Source: Octopus bimaculoides
Lineage: Eukaryota
NCBI RefSeq assembly: GCF_001194135.2
Contig: NC_068992.1
Location: 7,915,666 to 7,979,665 of the forward strand
Direction: 5' to 3'
Length of the DNA: 64,000 nucleotides
Shown here: positions 34,860 to 48,028 of the stretch, in pieces
How positions within the stretch are numbered: the stretch's first letter is position 1
Layout: each line of letters starts with the position of its first letter
The notes under the pieces: model-generated
Databases searched by the model: none
Told to the model about the DNA's origin: nothing
The model's input: the letters and a program-made list of their open reading frames with translations, nothing else
Translations under genes and position numbers: made by a program

Positions 34860-36245
34860 ATATTTTATCTGTTATAGTCATTAGACTGTGACCATGCTGG
34901 AGTATTGCCTAGGAGAATTTTATGCCTGGTACTTATTATGTTGGTCTCTTTGAACCATTAAATTATGGGGAAGTAAACACACAAACATCAGTTATCAAGC
35001 TGTGGTGGTGGTGCAAACACAAACACACATATTTATATATGTGTGTGTATGCAAAAGGCTTCTTTCAGTTTCATCATCATCATCATCATCATCATCGTTT
35101 AACGTCCGCTTTCCATGCTAGCATGGGTTGGACGATTTGACTGAGGACTGGTGAAACCGGATGGCAACACCAGGCTCCAGTCTGATTTGGCAGAGTTTCT
35201 ACAGCTGGATGCCCTTCCTAACGCCAACCACTCAGAGAGTGTAGTGGGTGCTTTTACGTGTCACCCGCACGAAAACGGCCACGCTCGAAATGGTGTCTTT
35301 TATGTGCCNNNNNNNNNNNNNNNNNNNNNNNNNNNNNNNNNNNNNNNNNNNNNNNNNNNNNNNNNNNNNNNNNNNNNNNNNNNNNNNNNNNNNNNNNNNN
35401 NNNNNNNNNNNNNNNNNNNNNNNNNNNNNNNNNNNNNNNNNNNNNNNNNNNNNNNNNNNNNNNNNNNNNNNNNNNNNNNNNNNNNNNNNNNNNNNNNNNN
35501 NNNNNNNNNNNNNNNNNNNNNNNNNNNNNNNNNNNNNNNNNNNNNNNNNNNNNNNNNNNNNNNNNNNNNNNNNNNNNNNNNNNNNNNNNNNNNNNNNNNN
35601 NNNNNNNNNNNNNNNNNNNNNNNNNNNNNNNNNNNNNNNNNNNNNNNNNNNNNNNNNNNNNNNNNNNNNNNNNNNNNNNNNNNNNNNNNNNNNNNNNNNN
35701 NNNNNNNNNNNNNNNNNNNNNNNNNNNNNNNNNNNNNNNNNNNNNNNNNNNNNNNNGTCTCTCTTGCACGCCACAACTGATGCTTCTAATGTTCAGCTTT
35801 TCTCTCAAGATACTTACACTCTGACGGGTATTCACATTGACATTACACATCCAACGGAGCATACTGGCTTCATTCCTTGCGAGCTTACGTATGTCCTCAG
35901 CAGTTACAGCCCATGTTTCACTGCCATGTAGCATGGTTGTTCGTACGCATGCGTCATACAGTCTGCCTTTTACTCTGAGTGAGAGTCCCTTTGTCGCCAG
36001 CAGGGGTAAGAGCTCTCTAAACTTTGCCCAGGCTATTCTTATTCTAGCAGCTACACTTTCAGCGCACCCACCCCCACTACTAACTTGGTCGCCCAGATCT
36101 ATCAAATCCACTTACATGGCTTCGGTCAACTCAAGGTTTATAGTATATGACATTTGCTCAAGGTGCCATGCAGTTGAACTGAACCTGGAACCATGTGGTT
36201 CACACAGCTATATCTGCACCTATTCTTACCACACAGCCATGCCTG
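34860..36245 (-). mobile_element. SINE family B copy split by an RTE insertion
   Basis: SINE consensus CTTCTTTCAGTTT|CCATCTACCAAATCC is interrupted at 35070/36098. Confidence 0.75.
35071..36097 (-). mobile_element. 5'-truncated RTE-clade LINE (RT C-terminus, 3'UTR, (GAT)n tail)
   Basis: LGDQVSSGGGCAESVAARIRIAWAKFRELLPLLATKGLSLRVKGRLYDAC...; nearly identical to 21382-22277 where both are resolved. Confidence 0.9.
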
Positions 36246-36744
36246 CACATATGCTCACTGAATATATACAAAAGCCTATTGAATGGTGTTGTTTGCTTGC
36301 ATTCTACTACAAAACAAAGTTTTGGGTATCTTGATAGTAAACAAAAGGCTCATTCAAACAGTGTTATTTGTTTTCAGTTCTCTGTACAATCATGTTTGGG
36401 TTTTTATGTTTGATAGATTGGGAGATAATTATCTTGCTTGGAAGAGCTGGAGGGGCTTGGCTTTAGGAAGGGCATCTAGCTGTAGAAAAACTGCCTTGAT
36501 GTACACCTTACACCTGCCCAACCTATGCAAGCATGGAAATGTAGATGCTAAAATTATGATGACAACGATGGTATCATCACCACACACCCTTTTTCCATAC
36601 AAGCAAGAGTTGGATGGATTGACAGAAGCTGGTGAGCCAGAGGACTGATCCAAGTTCCAGTGTCTGTCTTGGTGTAGTTTCTACAGCTGGATGCTCTTCC
36701 TATCACCAACCATGATACAGAATGTACTGTATATATATACATAC

Positions 36745-36790
<46 letters not shown>

Positions 36791-37949
36791 TTATTTATAT
36801 ATAAAACAGGCTTGACAATTGTCAAGTCCATTAACACCTTAGGGGCTTTGAGGTGCTGCAGCCATGCAACGTATCTTGGGCGAGAAAGTTTGGTGGAGCC
36901 CATCTCTTGCCAGGTTAAACTCATTTCTACAACTGAGTGGACTGGAGCATATTCATTTGTTTATTTTTACATCCATTTTTATATCCTAGCATGGGTTACA
37001 TGCATGTCTTATTAAGGCATTGTTTTACAACCGGATGGCCTTCATGTTGCTAACATTTACCTACTTTTCAAGTAAATTCTCTCTTTTCCATGTCTTTGAA
37101 GTTGCAAAGCCAGTAGGTTATTTGCTGGTTGGAGAAATAACAATGTCACTCAACGATTTTTGGGGAAGCAGCATAAATAAACACGTGCGTAATACAAGCC
37201 AATGGCCATACCTGCACCTGTGTGTGTATGTTTGTTTGTATGTATGTATGTTATATATATATATATATATATATNNNNNNNNNNNNNNNNNNNNNNNNNN
37301 NNNNNNNNNNNNNNNNNNNNNNNNNNNNNNNNNNNNNNNNNNNNNNNNNNNNNNNNNNNNNNNNNNNNNNNNNNNNNNNNNNNNNNNNNNNNNNNNNNNN
37401 NNNNNNNNNNNNNNNNNNNNNNNNNNNNNNNNNNNNNNNNNNNNNNNNNNNNNNNNNNNNNNNNNNNNNNNNNNNNNNNNNNNNNNNNNNAAACACATAC
37501 ATGTGTGTGTATGTTCCTGTCTCCTTGAATATTAGCAGGATTGTTGTAAAAGTGCATCACTGTTGTAAAAGTACATGTTTCCAATCTCTGATGGAAACGT
37601 GTCTGATCATGTGGAAATATTACCTTCTTGGAAGCAAGTGAAGGTTGGCAACAAGAAGGACACCTAGCCTTGAGAAAACTGCTTCAACAAATTCTGTCTG
37701 ACCCATGTGAGCATGGAAACTTGCATATTAAAACTATGATGATCTTCATTATGATATATACATGCATAGACACACTTAATATATTATGTAGATTTAGACC
37801 TGATTATGGAATGGTCGGTTTGACCTTTCCTTTCAGATCCTGGAAAAGAGTTTAGAAAATCATCATTCTCTCCATTTAAATTTTCCATGCTGTTGTCAAG
37901 GCTTTTCTGTTTACTTTTTCCTGGATCTGTCACAAAGAAATGGCCTTAT

Positions 37950-39480
37950 TGATCATATTGTTTTCTAGCAGAATTTATTCTTCAATGTGAACCAATCTAT
38001 CGAGAAGAGTTTTTGCAAGAATTTTTCCAACAATGGAGCGATGACCAGATATGTGAATTTCTGTCATCTCTCCATTGTTCCCACAGTTTTCACACTTCGT
38101 TAATAATATTGTAATGGTATATTTTTCAAACCTTCAAGTACTTTAACATTTTCCTAGATACAGAGGATTTGGTGGTAAATCTTAGTTAAGTTGAACACCC
38201 CATTTCATAAGTTCTTTAGAATTCTATCTGGTTCTGCAGATTTACTGTTTCATTTCTTTGAGACTATCATTACCAAATTCTTGCAATGAAGATGAGACAT
38301 TCAGTTGTAGAGAAATAATTTGCTATAGGACATTGCCAGTACTTTTAAGTGGCACATTTGATGAATGATTGAATTTTTGAAATGTTTTTGCCATTTCTCC
38401 AGCATAGTATCTGTCTCAGAAATTTCTGTCTGCAGAAGTATTTGACTTGGCTCTCTTTTTTTTTTGGGCCCCAAAACCTTAGAAATTCGAAGTAGTCTCT
38501 TCATTGGTTCCTCTTTGCATAATCTTGTATTTCTATGGCTTCATTAACTCCCCATTGATTCTGCATAATTCTAAGTCTTTTGTTTCTGCTTTGATTTCGC
38601 TTGACTAAATTCTGTCTTTGATTTTAGAATTCTAATAAGTTTTGTCTCTGTAATTAAGAGATTTCATCAAACCAATTGGGTGAACCAAGATTTTCTTTTG
38701 TAGCATCAAGTATCAATAATTTAAAAAACTCCACTCTTCTTCAGCTGTGATTTCACAAACTGGTTGATTACAAAATCTTTTGTTGAAGGTGGTACAATAA
38801 TTGTTGCTAATATTGGAATTTGGAAGACATTTAACAATTAATTTCTTCCTCCCAGTTTTGAATGATTTATTTGAATTTTTTTATTTAATTGGTGATCTGT
38901 ACAACTATCATGAACAGATTGTATTGATCTACTCTGCTACACATCTGATAAGTCTTGTCTCCATGTGATGACAAAATCAATAAAAAGCCAATACTTAGAA
39001 TGGTGATGCATCCATATAGTGGAAAACACTGCTAGTTACCATAAATTCAAAATCCGAATTAAGTTCCAGAAGTAGCAGCCCATGTTCATTGCATTTAAAT
39101 ACTCTCATTCCTTCCAGTATTTTGACCGTTATCTGTAGTTTCTTACAACATGAGAATTAAAGTTCAGGTAAGAAAAATTTTATCAATAGGATTAATAAAT
39201 AGGCTGTAGGATTTTTCACAATAATTCATAAGAAACATCAATATTTTCTTTATCATTCACACAAATTGAAACATTATCACTGAGGACTGAGAAAAGAGAT
39301 TGTTAAAATATGGAATATCTTTTTCCCAAATTATTCTTATGTTGAAACCAACTCCATCTGTACACATCATCATCAGCTGACCTTCCTTTCTAAAAGATGG
39401 GATGACCTCCAACATTCTCAATTAAGTTACTCTATCTAAAGATTCTCCTTTCATTTCATAATGTAGCATCTGTAATTGGA
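37950..39480 (-). mobile_element. Ancient, heavily decayed RTE-clade LINE ORF2 (AP endonuclease through RT N-terminus)
   Basis: Minus-strand peptides in the expected order: LIENVGGHPIF*KG, DGVGFNIR, CNEHGLLLLEL..FMVTSSVF, WMHHHSKYWLFIDFVI, MLEKWQKHF, KSAEPDRIL, CENCGN, SIVGKILAKTLLDRL; many stops and frameshifts. Confidence 0.75.
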
Positions 39481-39619
39481 AATTTGAATTTCATGTGCAT
39501 TAAAAGCTATTCATTCAGGTCTCAGATGTTTTAACCTATTTGCATTCAAACCAGCCCAAATATTCTACTTGTTTTATGTTCAAACTGGCCAGATCCTATA
39601 ACTTGAAATTCTTGTCTGA

Positions 39620-40440
39620 ATCCATTGTGTCCACAAGGTGTTAGAGAGAGTTCCAAGTGTAAAGTGCCTTGAAGGCACAGATCACGCCTTGATCCATAGG
39701 CTGGATGAGGGAGGTGGTGTTAGCAGGGAGGAACTCGACTTGGACTCCCTCATAATTCAAATCCAAAGAGTGACCACCAGCATTATCCATAACAAGCAAC
39801 ATTTTGAATGCCATGCATACATTTTGGAAGTATTCCTTGGCTTGAGGGATGAAGCATTGGTGGAACCAATTCAAAGTTAGACTTCTGGTAATCCAGGCCT
39901 TGGGGTTGTGCATCCAGTGGACAGGCAGCAGATTTTCATTCTTATTTTTGAACGCCCTCAGGTTCGTGGACTTGTAGATAAGTCCTGGTTTCATCATGAA
40001 ACCAGCAGCATTGCCACACATAATTAGCACCACTCTGTCCTTCTCTGCCTGGGGCTCTGGGGCTCTTGTATATTTTGGAAGGCATCTTCTCTTAGAACAA
40101 GCCACTCTCATCCATATTGAAAACCTGTTCCAGCTTGTATCCCTTGTCCTTGATGATCTGCCTGAAGGTCTCAAGGTACTTCTTGGCAGCTTCTTTGTCA
40201 ACTGATGCTGTGTCTCCATGCAGGGAAACACGCTTTATTTTAAACTGTTTCCGAAAATAGTCAAATCATCCCTTGCTGACTTGAAAGTCTTTGGGATCCT
40301 GTGCAGTCAATGGTCTTGGTTGCAGTTCTCCGATGCCTTCTGCTCCATCTCCTCTGTTGAACTGCTGGTATAATCTCTGTGCTTTCTCCAAGATGGTGTT
40401 ACCACTCAAAGGAATGTTTTTCTTCTTGCAGTTACTGATC
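39620..40440 (-). mobile_element. Tigger/pogo (TIGD1-like) DDE transposase pseudogene
   Basis: KKNIPLSGNTILEKA, SKG*FDYFRK...HGDTASVD (CENP-B HTH), GYKLEQVFNMDESGLF*, KDRVVLIMCGNAAG...KAWIT...LLVMDNAGGH...FLPANTTSLIQPMDQGVICAFKA (DDE_1). Confidence 0.9.
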
Positions 40441-41020
40441 TACTTTTTTCCCCAGACATAGCATCAGTGACTACATTATCCATGCTTTGTATATTGGTAA
40501 GATGTGCTTTGACGGAGGTTTGGTTGTTATTTTTAGTTGGTTGAACCTCTATGCTGAGGTTCTTTGTCAGATGGTTCCTTATGATGAAACTACAGTGTAT
40601 AACATGCTGCATGATAACATTATAAAAGTTAGTTAAATTATTTTAAAAAATTCAGACATTGTTTTATGTTTACATGGATGAGATGTCTGATATCTCTTTC
40701 TTTTTGAGGAAGATTTTGGCTGCTGGTTCTTGCAGTTCAAGTAATCATGTAGAGGCTCTCTTGTTGGTTTGTTGTAGTGTACTCTACTGTACTGTAATTG
40801 TCTAGTCCCAGAATAGCCATAAAGAACCCATGAATTATCAAAAAATGTTTCAGCTGTGACTATGTCACCTTTATTTTTGGCATTTTGACAGCTGTTCACA
40901 CTGTCACATGTCATTAAATAATCCTTTGTTTCTATCCTCCAAGAGAACCTGTTCACAGATTTTTCTCAAATTACACCTTATTATCTTAAAAAGAAAATAA
41001 AAAAGAAGATACATTGACTA

Positions 41021-41300
41021 ATAGGTGTGGCTGTGTGGTAAGAGGTTTACTTCCCAACCACATGGTTCTGATTTCACTCCCACTGCATGGCACCTTGGGC
41101 AAGTTTCTTCTACTATAGCCTTGGGCTGACTAAAGCTTCATATATACGACTGGCTTCTTTCAGTTTCTGTCTACCAAATCCACTCACAAGGCTTTGGTCA
41201 ACCTGAGGCTATAGCAGAAGACACTTGCTCAAGATGCCATGCAGTGGGACTGAACCCTGAACCATGTGGTTGGGAAGCAAGCTTATTACCATGTAGTCAT
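41021..41300. mobile_element. Two SINE family B 5' halves in inverted (tail-to-tail) orientation
   Basis: 41021-41138 is a + strand head; 41146-41300 is a - strand head. Confidence 0.8.
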
Positions 41301-41795
41301 GACTGGAAGTCATAATTCAGATGCTAACATTTGGGCTGTACCAAAGGGCTATGTTTGAAACAAAATATTGAATAGTTGCAGCTGGAAAATAAGTCCTGGG
41401 GTCGATTTGTTCAGCTAAATCCTTTAAGGTAGTGCCCTGGCATGGCCACAGTCCAATGATGGAAGCAAATAAAAGATAGAAAAATCTGTGAAGATCCTCT
41501 TCATTAGATCCTCTTCATTAAATTCCCCACCTCCACCCTCAGTGATGTTGTTCCCTGATTCAGATTCCTAGATCAGAGGTTTCACTAAGCTGTGATTAGT
41601 TAATCTATTAAAAGATGCCAAGCTAAGTTTAGTTGAATCATGGAAATAGCTAAAAAAAAAAAAAATGTATGTTGGCAAATTTCCATATATAGATGACTGA
41701 ATTTAATTTTGTCTGATAGAGCTATAATAAACAATGTTGTGTTTATACACTATTAATTGTGAACAGGGAAGTGAAAACATGTAAGACTGGATTAG

Positions 41796-41859
<64 letters not shown>

Positions 41860-42146
41860 GTGAGAGATTAGAGTTGGGATTAACTCCTGGTGGCTAGACA
41901 GGTTCTCTTCTACCAATCAGCTGTAGTTGTTGTATGTGAGGTGATGCTTTATTAACCTCTTAGCTGTAGACTCCAGTGAGCCTGTCGCATCTGAGGTACT
42001 TGCTCTTTATCAGTATTTGTCTTGTTATTCTTGTATATAACCCTAGGCCAGCTCCGATCCTGCTGTCCTATATTCAAAGAAGTTCTAGATGTAATCACCC
42101 TGTCTTTATTTTTTTTTTAAAAGCATTTGGTCTTGGTCCCTCGTTT

Positions 42147-42213
<67 letters not shown>

Positions 42214-42792
42214 ATTTTGTGAAGAATCATTGTTACTGCTTAAAAGCAAAGGCCAACAGAATAAATGAGAGGAACGTTTTTTTTCTCTGCTTCTTTTAAA
42301 TTTTAGTCATATTAACTGCATTGAATATGTTTACCCAAATATTAAGACTGGTTTTCTTCTTTTAAGAAGTCTATGATGACTTATGAATAATATAATTATG
42401 ATTGAGATGACTAATAATTAATCTTAGCTGTTGTTTTCATGTTCATTTTTTACAGTGGGGATAAGATCACAAAATACTATAATCAGCTTTGTGAGTTTAA
42501 ATTGAAAGATGAATGTAGTTCATGTGTGTCTGTCACTTATAGTAGGTGGACGCATGGTCATGTGGTTGAGAAGTTTTCTTCACAATTATGTGGTTGCAGG
42601 TTTGATTTAACTAGATGAGTCTTTAAGCTTTTAGCGTTTTAACCAGCAATATCTGGCCTAAATATTCTATGCACCCCAAATTTCAATGTGGCCAGATTCA
42701 ACCTCTCACTGTTGCGCTACAATGTCATTCTAAAAATAGTCACATCATTGAAATGTCAGTACTATAAGATAATAATATATGATTAATCCAGA

Positions 42793-42944
42793 AGGCATGG
42801 CTGTGTGGTAAGAAGCTCGCTTCCCAACCACATGATTCCAGGTTCAGTCCCACTGTATGGCACCTTGGACGAGTGACTTCTACTATAGCCTTGGGCTGAC
42901 CAAAGCCTTGTGAGTGGATTTGGTAGATGGAAACTGAAAGAAGC

Positions 42945-43011
<67 letters not shown>

Positions 43012-43195
43012 ATATATATCTATGTGTCTATGTTTGTCCCCACCATCACCGTTTGACAACCAATGTTGGTGTGTTTACGTTCCTGTAACTTAGCAGTTCA
43101 GCAAAAGAGATCAATAGAATAAGTACTAGGCTTAAAAAAAAAAAAGTCCTGGGGTCATATGACTGAAATAAATAAAAGAATAAAAGGTAAAACTG
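42793..43195 (+). mobile_element. SINE family B full copy with a long internal (TA)n
   Basis: Box A TGGCTGTGTGG, box B GGTTCAGTCCC, CORE-like CCTTGGACGAGTGACTT. Confidence 0.85.
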
Positions 43196-43797
43196 AGTAA
43201 ATAAACATTGTAGGGTTGGTGTAAGAGGCATGATCTGGACAGTTTGAACATAAAATAGGTAGAATATTTTGGCTGGATATGGCCGGTTTAAATGCTAAAA
43301 ATGCTTAAAAACAAGTTATAATCACATCCACTGTTGAATATGAATCACCTAGTGAAAAATCAAAAAAACACCACAAAACCTTAAAACTTACTTGAGATCT
43401 TCCTTTTCATTTTGCCTTCTTTGAAATATTGGTACATTCTACCTTCTCTTGTTGTTAGCTTCTTCCTACTTCTCACACCTCACATCACCGACTTCTGATC
43501 CTCTCATTTTAATCATTGTTTGTCAATTTCTGATTCTCTCATCTCACTTTCATTTCAGTTCCTTGCCATATACTTTCTTCCTGTCCTGGCAGCAGAACTG
43601 ACAAGACTGTTTTTCTCCTTTTCTGCATTCTCAGACTAAAGGCAAAGACCTCGAAACGTTCTAATATTTCTTCATTTTTCATCACAATTGCATTTATGAG
43701 AAATCTATGAACTCTCCTGTTTCAAAACTATTAGTTAAATTCTTCACTTCTACCAATCCAAGTGTATCACTGACACACCCTTTGTTCAACAATTATT

Positions 43798-43839
<42 letters not shown>

Positions 43840-45439
43840 CTATGTCTGTTCGTCTCTCTTTGGTTATTACTCATTGTTTATTTATAATATCCCAAGCTGT
43901 CTTGAACTTTAAAACTAAGGCATGTCGTTAGTTAGGTCACTAATGTATTAAGAATTGTAGGATTGTTATTGTTGTTTTTAAGTCCGAGGTTAGCTCAACG
44001 GAGCACATCTGTGACGGAAGGCATTCCAGCCATGATCACACTGTCATCTGAAGTATTGTCTATCTAGGGGTATATTTCAAGATGGTAGCCTGTAATTTTA
44101 GAGATTCAGTTGTTATTTCTAGACTGTCAAGCGACCAGATAAACTTTTTTTTTTGCCTGAGATTGTAAGGTTTAATTAGGGGTCAGTCCAGATTGAGTAG
44201 TCTAGCATTAACCATCCCTTTATATTAGGAGTATGTATGGCTCTGTCATCTGATTTGTCCTTAATATAACACATTAGGGAGATTTGGTTGCTAGTTCTAA
44301 CCATTCAAGTGACCACTTATATTATCCCTCATTGACTCAACTTTCTTATTTGTCAGGATTCTTGAGTAGTTTGTTTAGACTTTTGGTTGCTGTAGTGGAA
44401 TTTTGAGCAATTGCTTCGAAGTTTCATCAGTGATCCGTAGTGGAGCTGATGCCCAATAAATTCATCTTTTACTCTTTTAATTGTTTCAGGCATTAGAACT
44501 GTAGCCAGGGTGACCTGGGGCAAACAACAGCAACAACAAACTTATAAAAAAACACAAAAAAATAAAACAAACAAACTGAAAAACCAACAAATCAGAGTCT
44601 ATGACCTGTTTTTGAGTCATGACAAAAGCATGAACCTGAATTTATTTACTTACTTTGACTGAATTTTTATCAGCTGACTACAAAGGATATAAATAAAACA
44701 CCCCTACTTTCAGTCCTGCTGCTTCTTCAACTGTCTCACTCCCTCCAATCTTGCTAACACCACACGTACAAGTCTAATATTTTTATTCATTGAGGTCCTC
44801 CTATGTTCATTGTATGATGTCATATTATCATGGGTGATAATCCACTATTGTTTCTGTCACTATTTAACTTCTCTTCCACTATACATTAATTTATGGAACT
44901 ACTTTATTAATTGTTCTTGTCTTTTTTTTTTTTTATTTTTAACTTTTGCTTTATTATTTTGGTTATTTTTTAAAAATTTAAATATTAAATATAAGTTTTA
45001 TATAGTAACTCACTTTCATCTGTCCCATTCATATTCTGTACTAATTAACTTTCATTCTTATCATCATTATATCTTCTCTTTTTCATTTTTTGTCCAAATT
45101 TTATTTTAAATATTTGAAAATAAAAATAAACTCATTGCTGTGGGTTAGTAAATTCACTTCTCAATCAAATGGATTTGAGTTCAATACCACTTTTATTGAA
45201 CCTTGGTCAAGTGTCTTTAACCATTGTCTTTGGGTTATGTCAACCATAGCCTTGTAAGTGGAATGTAGATGATGGAAACTATGTGGAAGTCTGCCATATA
45301 TTTTCCTGTTTTTGGTGTTTATGTATACACCAGTCTAGAAACCAGTGTTATTTAGAGAATGGTAAAATAAGATACTATAAGTCCTGCGGTTGAATCCAAA
45401 CATGGCATCAGTGTTATGAGTAAAAGAATGACATATATG

Positions 45440-45832
45440 TTTTATCTTTTACTTGTTTCAATCATTAGACTGTGGCCATGCTGGGGCACCACCTTGAAGA
45501 ACTTTTAATCAAATGATTCAACCCTAGTACTTATATTTGTTTTTGAACCTGATACTTATTCTGTTGGGGTCTTTTGCCAAGCCACTAAGTTATGGGGATG
45601 CAAACACACTAGCATTGATTGTCAAGCGGTGGTGGGGGACAAATACAGACACAAATCACACGCACACTCACACACAATGAGCTTCTTTCAGTTTCTGTCA
45701 ACCAAATCCAGTCACAAGGCTTTGGTTGGCCTGACGCTATAGTGGAAGGCACTTGGCCATGGTGTCATGCAGTGGGACTGATCCTGAAACTATGAGGTTG
45801 GGAAGCATGATTTTACCACACAGCCGTGCCTG
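45440..45832 (-). mobile_element. SINE family B copy (diverged)
   Basis: Same body and head. Confidence 0.8.
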
Positions 45833-45833
45833 T

Positions 45834-45898
<65 letters not shown>

Positions 45899-45899
<1 letters not shown>

Positions 45900-46163
45900 A
45901 ATGACTGGCATCTGCACCAGTGGAGCACTAACAGCACTGTCCGAGTGTGTTCATTGCCAGAGCAGCTATCTGGCTTCCGTGCTAGTGGCTCGTAAATAGC
46001 ACCATTTGAGCTTAATCGTTACCAGCGTTGCCTTCTAGCACTTGTGCTGGTGGCACGTTAGAAAATCACTCGAGCCAGGTCATTGCCAGTGCCACTGGAC
46101 TGGCTCCCGTGCAGGTGACACGTAAAAAACACCTTTTTGAGCTTGGCCATTGCCAGTACCATG
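45899..46163 (+). mobile_element. Older RTE 3'UTR ~60-bp repeat array fragment
   Basis: Units with CATTGCCAGT...CTGGCT...GGTGACACGTAAAA..CACC like those at 25190-25650. Confidence 0.6.
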
Positions 46164-46213
46164 GAACACTTTTGCTCATAAGTTTGGTGGGTTAGAGCTG
46201 ACCTGAAGCTTAA

Positions 46214-46432
46214 TCCTTTAACATTTAACCTGGCCATATCTGGCCCAAATATTCTACCAGTTTTATGTTCAAACTGGCCAAATCTGGCCTCTTACACCTT
46301 TCTTGCTATGTCATTCTAAAATATACAATCACATCATTGAAATCTTAAAGCTATAAGATAATATATAATTAATTCAAAATTATGTGAATCAATAGGCATT
46401 ACATTTGACGGAATAATCAGAATGTCAAAGGG
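46214..46432. mobile_element. Second piggyBac-type MITE family (~219 bp), degenerate TIRs
   Basis: TTAA|TCCTTTAACATT...AATGTCAAAGGG|TTAA; related fragments near 4915-5010, 39525-39600, 42630-42790 and 43240-43305. Confidence 0.7.
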
Positions 46433-46442
46433 TTAACAGCAA

Positions 46443-46517
46443 GGGACCAATTATGTAATCTGGGACCAATTATGTAATCTGGGACCAATTATGTAATCTG
46501 GGACCAATTATGTAATC
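46443..46517. repeat. Four tandem copies of a 19-bp unit GGGACCAATTATGTAATCT
   Basis: Identical copies at 46443, 46462 and 46481; the fourth (46500) lacks the last base. Confidence 0.95.
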
Positions 46518-48028
46518 ATTTGACCTGTCAAACCTATCTAGACATCGATATCATTTTAAAAAAAAGGTGGAAAGGTAAGACGTATTGGATCATATAGTCC
46601 TAGATACATTATGCCTGACAACAAGGTGGGATGGTCACAGTTGAAATACTTTTCTCATTAACCTGCTAGATCAAAACTGACTTAAGATCACGAGGCATTA
46701 AAAAAAAAAGTGACATTTGATAATGTACAGTCTTAGTTACACTGTTTGAAAATAAGTAGATTGGTCAGAGCTGAAATACTTTTGACTATAGAGCTGCTGA
46801 TTCATGATTGGAGTAAAACAAAACACTTGGTTTTATGATTATATGACAATGTTAGGTGTTGACGTGTTTTGGTCATGTTTATGTTGATACACTAACAAGG
46901 TTATTGCTGATGAAATAGACCTGTCACCAAGGTTATTTCAGCTTCCACATGTGGCCCTCCTGTGTTATTAGGTACAACATTTAATACTTAGCATGACTAT
47001 AAGTTTATTCAAGAAAGACATAAGTGGATAGTTTGACGGAAGATTTGGCTGTTAATTCCATCATAGAGGCTGTATGTGGTAGGGTAGGAATAACAGTTGC
47101 AGATAGGGTGGGGACAGTGTGTGTATGTGTGTAGCCTTGTTAGTTCGCAAAACACACTTGATAGTCTTAGCACAAGGTTTTTTTTTTTTTGTTAGTCAGA
47201 TGGCTCATCAAAAACTAACTATTATATGTAAGATTAAGAGGGATTAAGTTCAGCTTTTAGTAAGAAGTAATATATTTTGGCTAGCAAACTGAAAGGTCAC
47301 ATGTATGTGACCTTTGACCTTTGCCTGTAATTACTATTTTTTCCCTCCTGATGTCAATTATACTGCTGACTAAACTCTACATGTGTGTGTGTTTGTGCAC
47401 CTATATAATTAAGGCTAGTGGCTGACATTCTAAATTTTTTTTTTTCTGAGAAGTTATTATGATAGATCAATATGTGTGTGTGTGTGTTTAAGTGTTTACT
47501 TGTATCCATTTACTGTTACATGGCCTTTTCCCCTCATACTTCTCCTCCCATTTTCTCTTACTTTCTTTTCTCTCTTCAGTCCACTCCTTACAACTCGACT
47601 ACAATAACTGCAATAGACTACAACATTGTTTTGCTTATTGTTGAATCACTCCATTTCTTTTCCCCCTCGTCTAATAATTAAATATCAAGGATTACTACAG
47701 AGTATAAAACAACAGAAACTACAAAAAAAAAAAAAACCTAATTAAAAAAAAAAATTACTAGTATTTTTAATATTATCTCTGTATCTAAACTATCTACCAA
47801 TCTATTTACATACTTATTATCAGTAAAATGAGTGCTAGCATACTTAATGTTGTAAAGAAAGAAATTTGGATTTAAATTTTTCCATTAATGATGGGAACAA
47901 TCATTTCTAAATGGCTAATTCTAGTAAGAAAAAGAAACTTGCTAGGGAAGACAACTCTGAAATTTTAATGAATTAGATATGGAGTGTAAGGTAGAGGGAG
48001 TGTGATCTTTGATAGCATGATGATAATA

